Below, piece by piece: positions 12,418 to 25,235 of a DNA stretch of 64,000 nucleotides. The number at the start of each line of letters is the position of its first letter. Position 1 is the stretch's first letter. The notes under the pieces were generated by a model. It was not told the origin of the DNA, did not search any database, and was given only the letters and a program-made list of their open reading frames with translations. This stretch comes from Owenia fusiformis (lineage: Eukaryota). The stretch spans positions 28,024,001 to 28,088,000 of the forward strand of contig CAIIXF020000001.1 in NCBI GenBank assembly GCA_903813345.2, written 5' to 3'. A program made the translations under genes and the position numbers.

Positions 12418-13789
12418 CTTGATTGAGAAACCCTTGAGTCCAACCATGCCTAAAATACATAGCTAAGAATGTTAATAGTTCAATGACTACTTATTTTGAT
12501 TTTGGTGGAAAAAGATTGGCGGGATTTTGAGCTTGGCCATGGATTGATTTATCTAGCCACTGAAAATGTGGACGTTAGCTTCAAAAACCTGGCTTGCTTC
12601 CAAACTTTAATTTGAAAAAGTCTAATTTTACATTTCATCACCCATGAATTAATTTGGTAAATTGAAATTTTAGTTTATGACAAGTTTAGTTTAGGAATTC
12701 CGAAAGCAATTCTTTGATTTGAAATCACCATCTAAAATAATTTTAAAAATTGTCAAGTTTATAGTCTTACTGTATTTCTTGATGCACTATTTTGCTTTTG
12801 ATGAAAAACGGAAATCTGATCTGAAAATGTATTACAAAAATAGGAAGAGGTATTGCTTTGTTGATGAAATAACTGTGATTGGATTATCTTATCCATGTGT
12901 ACTATAAAACTTCATAAAAAACATTAGATGATTACTACCACATTCTATGATTTGCTGGGCTGTAATTATCCACTCATTTACATCGACCATCTACATAAGT
13001 GAGGCCAACAAGTGATAACACATATACCATCTCCCTAACTAATTTCTCCACTCGCGAGCTGTGTGGTTCGCGATGTGGGAACTCGATGCGCGAGTGGAGG
13101 GATAAGTTTGGGAGAGATAAACTGGTGGTTCGCGACTTAAGAACCGATGATATTCGCGTTCTGAGAAAGTGGTCCGGGTGGAAGGAACGAGGTCAGCGAC
13201 GACCACGTACGTGAGTCGAAGTCTAAGAGGCTTGTTTAATTTCACCATAGACAATCATGGTCAACGTACGCCCCCCCCCCCCCGCGGCCGCCTTGTGTCT
13301 GCCTAAGTAGTTTTCAATATCTAGGATAATCCCACATTTGTGGCAAAGTGAGCACTTCGAATCTTAAATTACCGAAATGTACATGAAGCTTGAAATGTTG
13401 ACAACCCAAATGGCTCTGATTCTTACTTTGACAAATAAAAATAACTAGCATATTAAAATATCTTTTAATTATTCAAATGCCACCCATTTTTCCTACCTTA
13501 AAGGTGAATGTAAATATACACATTTAACATTAAGGCAGGCAGAGTGGGATGACTCTGGGACTGTAAATGCCATTGGTATACGCAATTACTAAAATATAGT
13601 GTATATACAAATCTCTCTGCACATAACAATTATTTACCATTCGATCATACGCCAATCCAGAATTTCACGATGTATTTGTGAAACAAGTTTTTGATTTTTG
13701 ACTGGTACGTGATCCCTACTGTATACACTTAGAATCGCACAACAGGTTCAAATATGTATATTGTGTTTTTTTTATTCTTACTGCAATCG

Positions 13790-14750
13790 AATATATACAA
13801 CCAGATGTATAAAATCAGATATATACAACCATATGTTTACTATCAGATTGTACAACCATATGTATACTATCAGATATATACAAACATATGTATACAATCA
13901 GATGTACAACCAGATGTATACCATCAGATATATAAAACCAGATGTATACCATCAGATATATACAACCAGATGTATACTATCAGATATATACAACTAGATG
14001 TATAAAATCAGATATAAACAATCAGATGTATACAGTACTATCAGATTATACAACCAGATGTTTACTATCAGATTGTACAACCAGATGTATACAATCAGAT
14101 ATATACAACCAGATGTATACCATCAGATATAAACAATCAGATGTATACAGTACTATCAGATTGTACAACCAGATGTATACAATCAGATATATACAACCAG
14201 ATGTATACCATCAGATATATATACAATCAAATGTATACAGTACTATCAGATTGTACAACCAGATGTTTACTATCAGATTGTACAACCAGATGTATACCAT
14301 CAGATATACTGTATACAACCAGTTACTGTATACAGCTAGATGTATACCATCAGATATATACAACCAGATGTACACCATCAGATATATACAACCAGATGTA
14401 TACCATCAGATATACTGTATAAAAAAGATGTATACCATCAGATATATACAACCATATGTATACCATCGGATATATACAGCCAGATGTATACCATCAGATA
14501 TACTGTATACAACCAGATGTATACCATCAGATATATTCAACCCCAGATGTATACTATCAGATACAGTATACTGTAAACAACCAGATGTATACCATCAGAT
14601 GTATACAACCAGATACATATTTATACCATCAGATATATTCAACCAAATGTATACCATCAGATATACACAACCAGTTATATACCATCAGATGCATGTATGT
14701 ACAAACCAGATGTATACCATCATATATATACAACCAAATGTATACCATTA
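13790..14750. repeat. ~28-bp minisatellite (ATATACAACCAGATGTATACCATCAGAT)
   Basis: Visible tandem array; it accounts for all overlapping ORFs between 13754 and 14805. Confidence 0.95.
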
Positions 14751-14816
14751 TATAATATATACTAACTCGAGTATGAATATAGTGTACAGAATATCGATCA
14801 TATAAACTGTGAAATA

Positions 14817-15421
14817 CAGGGTGACAAAGTCCCCCCCCCCTCTACAGCCAAAACCTTAATAGATGGTACTTAGTGTGATATACCATTGGAAAGACCATTC
14901 TAAGTTACGTTAACTCACCTACTCTCAACTATTTAGGATGAAATTTATCTATATTTTCATAATATCCTTTATAGTTAGAGTGCCCTCCTCAAGTGGCCTT
15001 TTTGCATAAAAATGAGAAGATTTCGACCTCAAAAATATATCAAAAAGCTCATTTTTTCGCATTACACTTGTTACAAAAGTGTTTTAGACACTATCCTTGC
15101 CCATTTATTTATCTACATATCTAACACTATCTAGAAATTGGTTCAATTTACAGCCATACACATATGTTGTCATCTTGGGCTCCTTTGACCTTTCTGATGC
15201 CCGATTCTTAAAATCCTGCCAAATACGTCAAATTGCCATGTTTCTTGGTCTATGATCACCTCAATTGATACAATGTAGCAATTTATGACATTGATTGACA
15301 GGTATCTGCTATATGTCAATCAACGTAACTTTCAGGACAATCTTTCTAATGATATATCACACTTGATACCATATATCTTGGTTTTGGCTGTAGAGGGGGA
15401 CGGGACTTATTTGACATCCTG
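14817..15421. mobile_element. Tc1/mariner-type MITE with TA TSD
   Basis: TA|cagggtgacaaagtccc...ctctacagccaaaacc and ggttttggctgtagagggg...gggact...gacatcctg|TA. Confidence 0.75.
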
Positions 15422-15751
15422 TATATAATGTATATGACGATAATCAATAAATTCTATGTTATGGCTCAATAAATTATTTCTTCTTATTCTTTTATATAAT
15501 ATTTTCTTGTTAATCTTTCATACTTTTGAATACAGGGTGACACAAAAAAGACACCCACCTTACATTGCATAACTTGTTTGACCATTAACACCTTTGGCAT
15601 ATTGAAAGAAATGCGAGAGGGTAACTGGTCAAGTCAACCCCAAGTCAACTGAACCAAAGTCAAGCCAAACCTTAGTCAAGTCAACCCCAAGTCAAGTCAA
15701 CTCCAAGTCATCTCAACCCTTAGTCGACTCGACCCCAAGTCATCTCAACCC

Positions 15752-18135
15752 TTTTTTTTTTTTATTAATATTCATTATTTATTTCTCACACTATAAATTT
15801 ACATACATGTGCATACATTGGTGATAGTAAAGACAATTTGATAATATAGAGTTAAGGCACATAACAGTTACATGATCTCATTTCGAATAAAAAAAAGCAA
15901 AAAAGATACACAGTACAGACAGCAAAAATAATAAAATAATAAAATACAGGTTTGTGCAACGATACATTGTTGTAATTAAAATGGTATGTCTAATTTATTC
16001 AGTATTGAGTTCCATTTCCCGATAAAAAGTTGCCGGTTTTTGTTTTCTGTAGATATTTTTAATTCATCTTTAATTTTGTTTCTTAAAGTATTTTTAAAAC
16101 CGTTCACACTAATGTCGTAGTTTCCAATTTTGGAGTTGTGAATGTAGTTTTTCGCGTATAGCAAACAATAATTTAGAATTGTATCGCGATCGTCACAGTT
16201 GCCTATTTTTCCTAATAATATATCCCGGTCTCTCAAAAGTATATTGTCAAATAGGACGGATATTTCATTCCAAAAGTTCGCGACTGTCGCGCATTCTATA
16301 TAGAAGTGTTGGGTGTCATCTACTGCACCACGATTGCATTTATCACATAGATTAGACTCTTTAATTTTTCTGTTGAACAGAAATAAGTTACAAGGGGTGA
16401 GGTTAAGTAGTAGTTTGTATTGGAAACTTTGGATTTTTGGCTCTCGCGCAACTTGAAAAGGTAGTCTAAAAATAGATTTCCACTCTTGTTCTGTCAGGTC
16501 AAATTTTTCATTGAAATATCGTTTTCCTACGGGTTCCTTAAATTTGTTTTGTACGATGTGCCAATATATTCTTTTGGTACTAATATGTTTGATATTTATA
16601 ATTGCATTTTTGATTTGTAAGTCATCAACTCCTAGTGTATTGATATTATCATTTTCGTTTTTTAAGAGAGTTTTCCACGAGCGTGGAATTGCGTGTATTA
16701 TGCCGTAGTATGTTACGAAGGGTGTCAAGATATCATATTTTAGGGTGAATTCTTCGTATCCTAGAAAATCTCCATTTTCATTTATTAAATCTTTTACTTT
16801 AAATATGTTTCGAGCTTTCCAATCAGGGTAGTTGACACTTTCATTATTAATTGTTAACCATTTATTGTTCCAAATTGATTCATTCATAACGGTGGACTTG
16901 TCATAAGGTTCGGCATTGTGAATTAAGCTCCAGGTTTTCATCATCGAGAGATAAAAAGCAGGTAAGTTGTTAAAAGTATGCTCTTTGAACTTTGCATGAA
17001 AGATTTCTTTAGATTCGAGATTTGGGAATTCTTTATAGAAAAAATGTTTCCATTTAGACTCGTTTTTATTATACAGACGTTTCACCCATTGAATTTGTAA
17101 TGCTTTAATCTGTGCGTCAAAAAGAACGGATTTGATTCCCCCGTTTTCTATTTCTCCTATCGTAGTAGAATTACTTATCAGAGGTGGCTTTCCATTCCAT
17201 AAAAATGAGTTAATAAGTTGTTGAACTTGTTCAATGATGTGGTTTGGAACAATAATGGTGGATGCTAGATACATTAATTTTGATATTGCAAGAGCTTTTA
17301 TTATGACGTTTTTTCCTATAAGGCTTAGGTTTCTCCAGGTCCATATCTTAAAGAGGTTCTCAATTGCTTTCACTTTTGAGGAAAAGTTTAGAGCATTTCT
17401 TTCATTTAGATCCTGACTGAACCAAATGCCCAAGGTACATAATTTATCGTTATTTATGTGTAATTTAGATAGAAGACTTCCGGGTGGTATGAAAGGAGGA
17501 TTGATTTTATAAGGTCCTAGCCATCTACCCTCAGTTTTAGTTAAATTTGGTTTTAGCCCCGAGATTTGTGAGAATGAGTTTAAACAATTTAGTGCACGTT
17601 CTGAAGAGTCTATAGAATCCAAGAATAGAGTAGTGTCGTCTGCGAACATGGATATTTTGATTTCGGTGTTATTTGCCTGTATACCTTTTATGTTTTTATT
17701 TTGTCTGATCGATATTGCTAGAAGTTCGGCTACAATGATAAATAGGTAAGCCGATAGGGGGCAGCCTTGGCGGACTCCCCTTGCCGGGAAAAACATATTT
17801 GATTGAAATCCATTATTTGATACACACGATTGTATATTTTTATAGAAAGTTTTGACCCATTTGACCAAAGTTTCACCAAAATTAAAAAGATTCAATGCTT
17901 TTTCAATGCATTTCCAATTAATGGAATCAAAAGCTTTTTCGAAGTCAATTTGTAGTAAGATACCAGAAATGTTCTCATTTGATGTATAATTTATCATATC
18001 TTCGATTAATCTGATATTTTCTCCTATATACCTTCCTTCAATGTAAGCAGTTTGGTCAAAATCGATTATAGATGGTAGTACTTTTCTAATTCTATTAGCT
18101 ATTGCTTTAGTACCAATTTTATAATCTGTATTCAA
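15752..18135 (-). mobile_element. 5'-truncated Tx1/L1-clade non-LTR retrotransposon
   Basis: Poly(A) (12 T on +, 15752-15763) preceded by AATAAA. TSD TCAACCC(TT) at 15745-15753 and 18132-18140. Truncated inside RT at LNTDYKI. Confidence 0.92.
15976..18135 (-). CDS. LINE ORF2 fragment: reverse transcriptase and C-terminal CCHC zinc finger
   Basis: DFEKAFDS, RQGCPLS, FADDTT, WRNLSLIGK and CDKC...HFYIEC. No stops over 719 aa; the endonuclease domain is absent. Confidence 0.93.
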   Translation of the reverse strand: MNTDYKIGTKAIANRIRKVLPSIIDFDQTAYIEGRYIGENIRLIEDMINYTSNENISGILLQIDFEKAFDSINWKCIEKALNLFNFGETLVKWVKTFYKNIQSCVSNNGFQSNMFFPARGVRQGCPLSAYLFIIVAELLAISIRQNKNIKGIQANNTEIKISMFADDTTLFLDSIDSSERALNCLNSFSQISGLKPNLTKTEGRWLGPYKINPPFIPPGSLLSKLHINNDKLCTLGIWFSQDLNERNALNFSSKVKAIENLFKIWTWRNLSLIGKNVIIKALAISKLMYLASTIIVPNHIIEQVQQLINSFLWNGKPPLISNSTTIGEIENGGIKSVLFDAQIKALQIQWVKRLYNKNESKWKHFFYKEFPNLESKEIFHAKFKEHTFNNLPAFYLSMMKTWSLIHNAEPYDKSTVMNESIWNNKWLTINNESVNYPDWKARNIFKVKDLINENGDFLGYEEFTLKYDILTPFVTYYGIIHAIPRSWKTLLKNENDNINTLGVDDLQIKNAIINIKHISTKRIYWHIVQNKFKEPVGKRYFNEKFDLTEQEWKSIFRLPFQVAREPKIQSFQYKLLLNLTPCNLFLFNRKIKESNLCDKCNRGAVDDTQHFYIECATVANFWNEISVLFDNILLRDRDILLGKIGNCDDRDTILNYCLLYAKNYIHNSKIGNYDISVNGFKNTLRNKIKDELKISTENKNRQLFIGKWNSILNKLDIPF

Positions 18136-21100
18136 CCCTTGGTCAACTCAACCCTTAGTCAACTCGACCCCACCATATTTAAATATTGATGGATTTTGAA
18201 AGAAATTTGGAAAAATTAGATGGATATGAATAAAATGTTAAGTGATTTTCCGAATCTATAGATTTCAAAAAAGTTAGGTGAATTAATTCTAAAATTTTAA
18301 ATTATATTGGTTTTATCTAGAGATGTATATGCTCAACACTTTTAATTTAACTAGTACTATATATAATTTTTATGAATATGAAATTTATTTACCCCAAAAA
18401 TACTTGATTAATATAGTTTAACAGAATTAACCTAGCATATCTTTATAGGGCTATTCACAATGCTATTCATATATTTCACCCCTCCCTTCTATTTGTAAAT
18501 TGGCTGGCTATTGGATTAACTTTCCAATTCGAATTTGTTTTAAAAATCAAATACATTTGTAGTATGGATGTGGAAATTTCTTTAATTAATAATGTTAAAA
18601 AATGTCAACAATATATTATTATTATATTTTCATTATCCTACTCAAATGGTTGTCTATGAAGAGTTTAACAAATATAAATGATTTAGAAGGTTTATAACAG
18701 ATACCATGACAGGGTTTTATGATCCAGTTCAAATCTTCCTTCTGATGTATATATGACAAAAATGTCTATTTTTTGAAATAAGATTTGAAATCAAGACTGC
18801 ACAAACAATGGGATGTATGATTTTTTGTAAAAAAGGACTAGCCTCGGTTTGGAGACAAATTTCAAAAGTCTACTGCACGTTACGCCTGCTTTGGACAATT
18901 TTGATAAAGACGAGTCAGATTTTCTTCATACAAAAAAGTTATAAAACGTTATTAGTGGGTGGGTGTCATTTTTTGTGTCACGGTACTTGAAAATTGTTGT
19001 TCATGTTCAAAACCCTCGGCTGTTTTATATTGAATGTTAATATTTGAAATAATAAAATGACGAAAATTAAGAAAATATTCAGAAAATTGGTCCAGGCTGA
19101 TTTAGGTTGACGATGAAATAGTTAATAATTTTGCATTTTCATATGGATATTTACATGATATGGTAAAATGCATTGTTTAAAATCAAAATATTTTTTGATT
19201 AAATATTGAAATGATATTTCCTCAATTTTTGTTCTGAAAAATTACTTGATTTTTACACTTCGATGCCTTCATTAATTAGATTTCCACAAGAAACTAGCGA
19301 AGATAGTTGATGTGCTGAAGTTAATGTTTTCGGAAAATGGTGTTCCCTTCAGAGAGATTACGAGCTTTGACCAACCAAAATTTCCGAACAAACATTAAAG
19401 ATGAATTAAAAATTTGGGATCTTTAAAAGATTTAAAGAAATTTAGCTCAACATGCAACATATCGCAAATACATTTCTGTTATCTCAAAAAATAGTTGTGT
19501 CAGTCTATAGATGAGCACAACTTAACAGATGAAATCAAACTTTGTTGAAGGATTCGCATTCGTGCCACGGCAATTGATAGCAAACATATACTCTGTCCTT
19601 AAATGGCATATTTAACATTCATAATTAATCTGCGAGCTCTTCAGAATCAGATAGTGATTTAAAGCCATTATCTGATTTTTCACTTGGCACATTTTAGGCG
19701 AATCTCGGCTATGAAATTAATGGTTAAGAAATGGGGATCGAAATCAGCCATGATATGAAATATTGTGTTATACATTATGGCGACGGCTTTGCGGATGCAT
19801 ATTGACCAATTGCAACGCCTATGGACTTTATGACTTGGTTTTGTCTATCTCACATCATTGGAGACTGAATGCTCTATCATGTATGAAAACTAATATCTAC
19901 ACCTATTTTTGATGTTTTGAGTGTTGGCTATCAATTTCAAAATTATTCTTCAACACGTATTGTAATGACTTCAGTATGAATAAAATGTCTCTTATTTCGG
20001 TCTCAGATTGTGAGATTGGTACCTGAATGATGGTGGGGAGGGGGATTACACTGTTTCTTTAGATGTTGGATTGTGATTTGAGATAGTGAGACATGGGTTT
20101 GTTTTCCTTATGGCTGGTGTTCTCTTGAGCCTCTTGGCGGTTTTCTTTTTCTTGTTGTGTTGTGTGACAATTTTTGGCACTTGTGCTTACATGTACATAA
20201 TAATTCACACCTCTGAAAACAACGAACAGGTGAATTTTCAAAATTTGCCCTAAGACAGTGTTCCTTGTTCCCTGTTGACAGGTGTTCCTTATAGAAGGTA
20301 CGTTAACATGTAAGTCAATGGAATAATATTTGGTCCTTTTGAAAACTGTTCCTTTTTGACATGCGTTCCTTGCAGAAATGGGTTTCATCGGACAGCATCT
20401 TTTATTGACTCTGAGGTCAAAAAGGCCATTTTGAAAAATTGGACAGTACAGTATACTTGTTTTCAAAATGATGATCTTTCCTATGTTTAAGGGATGTATT
20501 GACTTTTGAAAAGATTGCCCTAAAAGCTAGTTAGTAGCCATATTGGATGTTGTTGTTGAGCTCTTGCCCTGGGTACAAGAAAGGGTGAGCAATAACTGTA
20601 AAACAAATTGTAAAACGAACTATATTAAGCATCCTAAACCTGTTAAACAAGGTAGTATACGACATGGCATTACACAAAATTTATCAGTTTTCAGGTTTAA
20701 TGTGACCCATGGGAAATGTAAATTACCCTCATGAATTGTATGTTATTACATCCCAATATAATAGCCATTGGCCTATACACAAATCTGTGAGTATACAAGG
20801 CAAAATCTTTCATAGCAGGTGTACAGAATCCAAAGACTTGGAAAATGTTTGACAAAATAACAAGTTTCATCATCTGAATTTTAAAATTCAAAGTTTGATT
20901 ACGCAACTCACTTATAGCATGTTTATTATTATGCAAACTGCAATGACCTCCCATGAGAAACCCGAGTATTGCTTCACATGCAATACAATGTAATTTTAGC
21001 CATTAATATGCATGGCTGGCCATTTATTCACCTCACATATTATTTAATTACATTTTAGACCTTTAACGTTAACTGATTGACTTAGTACGTGATTTATTTT

Positions 21101-21959
21101 CAACGGCAAATTGTCTTGAACTTCTGTGCAATGATGAATGTTAAACAATAAAAAACAAATGTATAGTAAAGTCTAAAAGTGAACACCTCCCTTACCTGAA
21201 CACCTCTCGATGTGAAAACTTTTCAATCCCATCTTTTAAATCGGGCAAAGACTTCTATATTTAAAAACCCCTGAAATATGAACACCTTCCTGTCCTGGCG
21301 TTCAGATAATCGGATTTTACTTAGATTGATTAAATGAAGAAATTGTAATAACAAAGCAGAAACAGCCAACATAATATTTCAAAAATGTTCACTTTTCCGG
21401 GCACTTTTCATCCAAACTTTTGCAATTTGTATGCTCTTGAACTCTATAGTCACTTAATAATGGGAAGTGGCATTTATACTGAATACCCTGAATGCAGACG
21501 ATCAAATGAATTAACAAACACTGGTACTGGGTACAGTAGTGTTAAAAGCCAGGGTTTGGCTTGCAATTATGAAGATTGACGACAATCTGGGGACTTAATA
21601 AGCAACTCACTTTCCACAAATCTTTCTGCTTGTAAATTATAATCTCATTCTAATTAATCTCATCACTATCCCATAGCCCTAAAAGAACCATTAATCTGTC
21701 AGATGGACCTAACAACTAGATTGGAGAGCAATGGGACAAATATTACACAAAGTTTCAGGCTAATGCAAACGTGTCTGAATTACATTTGAATTAATGAATT
21801 TGTGCCTGGCTGCCAGAAGGCTGTTCATAGTACCAGCAACAAGTCAGCAGTCAATTCTTTGCTGTATTGTCAAGATGTTTATTTAGCTGACACCATATTT
21901 TCTGTTCATATTTGATATCTACTACATATATCAAAACGAATATTACCCAATTGCCCATT

Positions 21960-22445
21960 AAGAATATGTAAGGGTTATGTACTGGGAGGTTTTGGATATA
22001 GGGTATCCATCGGGATATATTTATATCTCTCCGAGTGACCGAAGGGACCAAGGGAAAATATAAATATTTCCCGAGGGATATACCCTATATCCAAAACCGA
22101 CCGTACATAATAACTGGTGTATCTCATACTTGAGTGGGTTTGGGGTTACAACTTTTTCAAATGACAAGATTGGCCTATACTGTAAAAGCACAATTTATAT
22201 TTAACATTTTCGTAATACACTGTACCTTTAGTTCAATACAATGAAATTGTAACATTTAAACTTTTTAAAAAATTTTAAAGTTAAAACTTTCAAATTTTTT
22301 GAAAATTCCCGGGAGCAGGATGGATATATTTATATCTGCCCACATTTGGCCTGGAGCGGGACATATACTATATATCCTGCCCGCTCCTCAGATATGATTT
22401 ATATTTCCGGGTGATATCTACTCCAAACCAACTAAAGTATGAGAT
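21960..22445. mobile_element. Fold-back element with GACCGAAGG-centred hairpin
   Basis: Arms ggatatagggtatcc...atatatttatat and atataaatat...gatataccctatatcc, with a partial second hairpin ~22310-22410. Confidence 0.5.
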
Positions 22446-23249
22446 ACATAATATAGAAATATATATTGAATATGTACGTTATATCCACCAAAATGAAATC
22501 ATACCAACACCCAACACAGGTTGATTGGGCATAGGCATACAGTATTTGTTTCCTGAATGAACACAAGTACACTTTGGAAATGTTTCCATGGTGTACTCTC
22601 TCGGATTACCTTCGAATCTGAGACTGCTGCAATCCTATTATTTTGTCATAGATTAAGGGTTCTGATGAATGAGATATCACCTTATTCAGCTGACATTTTG
22701 TATGTATTAGGTAAATAGAGGCTAAGCTTAAATGAGTTGCCCATAAAATAGCAAGTAAATCCGGTAGCCAAATGAAAATCAAACTGGTAAGCGAATATGA
22801 TTGTGTACCCTTTTATCTTTTATTTCAGACCCACTTTAGTTTTCAAATAAAGTGTATTAACATTGAAGTTCTGACACAATCGCTCCATAAGAGTTGAAAT
22901 ATTTAATAAAAATGTCACCAAATACAACAATTTATATAACAAATATCTCTTAATGAGACAAATAGTGACTATTTGACTAATTCATTTTAATATTTATTTC
23001 TTTCATAATGAAATTGTCTTTTAATAAGCAAGCTTACATAACTACAGATCCGCATCTATAACTCATATTAAAGGTTAAGGTGACATGCAAAATCAATGAG
23101 ATGTAATATTATGTTCATGAATCAAATATGAACAGCACCTATTACAGCTTCTTTGATCATAGTGAATTTCTCGATCATATTTCATCATCAATTTATCAAG
23201 CCGGGTCATTGCTCCCAATGGAATTAGGCTTTTCGGTTTGTTGCAACCT

Positions 23250-25235
23250 CACCCTGGACGAAGTGATAAGGTCAAAACAAGTGGCTCTGATTTAGGAAAA
23301 AACGATCTTCCTAAAAATAAACATGGCATAGCAGGGGTGAGTTTATTTCTTTAAATTATACCCTTTCTTGGCCACCTGACATGTTCAAACTCGGTACATT
23401 GATCCAAGACATATCCACCTCTCTCTATATAATATTGTAACGATTAATACTAAGAAACGAAATGAATACGAATTGAAATAATATATTTTTGTAAATAACC
23501 GCAATATTTTTTTTTGATTATTTTCGAAAAAATGGTAGATACTCTGTTTCAAATGCATTGATATTTGGCGATATGATAGTTTATGAACCAGGGAATGTCA
23601 TATCACCATTATTTTTCTAATACAAGAAGTAATTTACGTCCCTGAGACGAGATTAGATTTATTTTCTGGAAAAAACGCGGATCTGATTCCCACAGAATAT
23701 ATGGAAAATACGTGGAATGGATGTCTAATTAATAGGCTACATGTTAAAATGATTTTAAAGATGAGTTTTAAAATGTGAAATACTTATATTATGTTTGTTT
23801 GGGGCACTGTATATGAAATATATACTAGATAGCTCTACATGTTTGACATGTCATAGATAGCAAATTATTTTGTTACCTCTGTTTTTAATAATTTATACTA
23901 GGATGAAGAAAATCTAGATTTTTACAAGTGATGATTGATGAAGTGAAATATATTTTTGATAATTCATCATAAATTGCAATTTAAGAAAAGGGTATTCTTA
24001 TATATATACTTTGTCATGATTCTGCATGTCATACAATTTTGTAATGCATACCTAATGCATACCTGACCTTATTTTTATAATAACTGTTGGTCATTACTAT
24101 TTGAGTAACAATTTTAATCATATTTTGGAATAATTATTATAGGTAATTATATGATTATTAAAGGTAATTACATTAATATTATAGGTAATTATCAACACAA
24201 AAGTGCAAATATCAACACTGTACTGTAGTTATTTGTTTTCTTAATTGTATAGTTCTTTACACAGATATAGATGATAGAATAAAGTTTATTTTTGAAAACT
24301 TTATTAATACTATTGTTATTTTTTAAAAAAGTGGAACTTTAACAAATACATTATATTATTCCTTTGCATTCATTCGACTAAACTGCTTAAAAGAGGGCTT
24401 CATCAAAATTAATGAGATTGAATCAAAAATCTAAACAATCACTGTGACTGCTTCTCAGGCTAAACAAAAGATACAGTAAGGCAAATGATTTGTTCTATAG
24501 TAAATGTCCAAGACGATTTACTAAAATAGTGGACATAAACATAATTCCCATTTATGTACAATGGCAGTGTAAATAAAGGGGTTGTTTTGACAACGGGCAT
24601 CGTACATCTAACAAGCTGCATGTATCTTAGACTCTTATTTCATCCAAAGGCCACTTCCACATGACTTGATGTAATATAAAGAGATTTTCATAACGGCGAT
24701 TGTCATAGGACATGACTGGAAAACGTTAAATTAATGAAACTAAATCAGGTATAGAAAGCCGCGTTTTATCACAAATCACAATCGCAAATCAATAACCGCT
24801 TATTTTCCTCAAATGTTCGTCGTCGGGAGTAAAACAATAGGCATCACATCAAATTAAAATAACTGTCGATGCTGTAAATGCACATATGAAAAGAAACATA
24901 CAATCTCGGTGTGCATGAACGTTTATATGCATCATTGATCATCAATGAAAGATATTTTGACAATATAAAACCGTAATTTTTAGCGGGAGATATAATTCTC
25001 AACTTTAATTTACACTCTAGCCACTAATGCGCGTTCCATTCAATTTAAAACACACGAACTGAGTAGTTTAAGATGTACCACTTGAACATAATACAAAATT
25101 GTATATGATTCTCCTCTTTGTCCACAAGAATTTAACCTTACAAAAATTGGGGTACAAAAATTATTAATTTTTAGGAAGATCGTTTTTTCCTAAATCAGAG
25201 CCACTTGTTTTGACCTTATCACTTCGTCCAGGGTG
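23250..25235. mobile_element. Non-autonomous DNA transposon with CAC termini and 5-bp TSD (Transib/RAG-like)
   Basis: Perfect 69-bp TIRs (23250-23318 and 25167-25235) beginning CACCCTG. TSD AACCT at 23245-23249 and 25236-25240. Confidence 0.85.

Larger units (their letters stand above)
15533..18987. mobile_element. Putative TIR-bounded DNA element hosting a 17-bp tandem repeat and the nested LINE
   Basis: gtgacacaaaaaagacacccacc (~15537) is inverse to ggtgggtgtcattttttgtgtcac (~18958-18981). The outermost bases are imperfect. Confidence 0.5.

Noticed and set aside
12990-13260. GC-rich patch with a CTCCACTCGCG/CGCGAGTGGAG hairpin as an LTR or ncRNA
   Set aside because: No second copy, TSD, primer-binding site or recognisable RNA family.
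13754-14805. Cluster of Y/I/Q-rich ORFs up to 287 aa
   Set aside because: Products of a stop-poor minisatellite that is open in several frames.
23320-25165. RAG1, RAG2 or Transib coding remnant inside family A
   Set aside because: Only short stop-interrupted peptides (e.g. WKWPLDE) in the parts I translated; nothing assignable without TBLASTN.
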